Translations under genes and position numbers: made by a program
The notes under the pieces: generated by a model
Told to the model about the DNA's origin: nothing
The model's input: only the letters and a program-made list of their open reading frames with translations
Databases searched by the model: none
Shown: one piece after another, positions 38,448 through 39,152 of the stretch
How the letters are laid out: every line of letters begins with the position of its first letter
Numbering within the stretch: the stretch's first letter is position 1
From: a phage
Sequence record: PX759567.1
Length of the DNA stretch: 39,152 nt
Direction: 5' to 3' (one strand)

Positions 38448-38861
38448 ATGCGTGACCCTAAAGTTATCCAAGCAGAAATCGCTAAGCTGGAAGGTGAACT
38501 AGCCGATGTACTGGCCCATGAGTCCATGACGCGTTCGGCTGTCCACATCTTGAAGAACTTAGGGTGGACTTGGACTCGTAAAGGTGGCTGGAAGAAACCT
38601 GAACCTAAGATGGACTTTAAGACGTTCGATAAGGACTCAATGACCCACATAAAGGCTGGTGATTGGGTTAAGGTTGACACTGGAACAACTGGAGGATATG
38701 GCTACGTGAGGAACGTAAGCGGTAACATTGCACGAGTCTCGTTTGTAGAACGCGTAACTTTCGCTGGTGCTGTGGTCCAAGAGTCGTCCAGAATGTACAC
38801 TACTAACTACCTGAAAGTTGTATCGCATACCGAAATCGTTCGTGCTCTGACAGGTAAGTAA
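38448..38861 (+). CDS. 4.7: gene 4.7 protein
   Basis: 137 aa from ATG 38448. Confidence 0.8.
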   Translation: MRDPKVIQAEIAKLEGELADVLAHESMTRSAVHILKNLGWTWTRKGGWKKPEPKMDFKTFDKDSMTHIKAGDWVKVDTGTTGGYGYVRNVSGNIARVSFVERVTFAGAVVQESSRMYTTNYLKVVSHTEIVRALTGK

Positions 38862-38880
38862 TCAAATAGGAGAAATCAAT

Positions 38881-39152
38881 ATGATCGTTTCTGACATCGA
38901 AGCTAACGCCCTCTTAGAGAGCGTCACTAAGTTCCACTGCGGGGTTATCTACGACTACTCCACCGCTGAGTACGTAAGCTACCGTCCGGGTGACTTCGGT
39001 GCGTATCTGGATGCGCTGGAAGCCGAGGTTGCACGAGGCGGTCTTATTGTGTTCCACAACGGTCACAAGTATGACGTTCCTGCATTGACCAAACTGGCAA
39101 AGTTGCAATTGAACCGAGAGTTCCACCTTCCTCGTGAGAACTGTATAGACAC
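38881..39152 (+). CDS. 5: DNA polymerase gp5, 5' portion (continues at window position 1)
   Basis: MIVSDIEANALLESVTKFHCGVIYDYSTAEYVSYRPGDFGAYLDALEAEVARGGLIVFHNGHKYDVPALTKLAKLQLNREFHLPRENCID; last 2 nt plus window nt 1 form codon ACC (T). Confidence 0.95.
   Translation, partial: MIVSDIEANALLESVTKFHCGVIYDYSTAEYVSYRPGDFGAYLDALEAEVARGGLIVFHNGHKYDVPALTKLAKLQLNREFHLPRENCID

Overview
The window is a complete, circularly permuted genome of a T7-like podophage (Teseptimavirus), gene-for-gene colinear with coliphage T7 and near-identical in most proteins. This identification rests on reading the ORF translations and promoter sequences against T7 as recalled from memory; no database search was run. All genes are on the + strand. 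The window starts and ends inside gene 5 (DNA polymerase): 38881..39152 plus 1..1843 join in frame to 704 codons. The order is gene 5 (3' part), 5.5-7.3, 8-19 (structural, lysis, packaging), 19.5, concatemer junction with terminal-repeat region, early promoters A1-A3, genes 0.3-1.3, 1.5-4.7, then gene 5 (5' part). Seventeen T7-RNAP promoters, terminators TE and Tphi, RNase III sites and the gene 10 -1 frameshift are all visible. The main departures from T7 are mobile-element related: (1) an 836-nt self-splicing group I intron splits terminase large-subunit gene 19 at the IIIADD|VE motif and carries a 183-aa ORF with no recognisable nuclease motifs, the best candidate for something undescribed; (2) a free-standing HNH endonuclease gene sits between gene 19 and phiOR; (3) a second, zinc-finger-type HNH endonuclease gene sits between a shortened gene 1.7 and gene 1.8; (4) the T7 accessory genes 5.3, 7.7, 2.8, 3.8 and probably 1.4 are absent. 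Smaller mosaic differences are a ligase about 19 aa shorter, a divergent primase zinc-binding domain and a divergent tail-fibre tip. Promoter, RNase III and repeat coordinates are approximate (a few nt).
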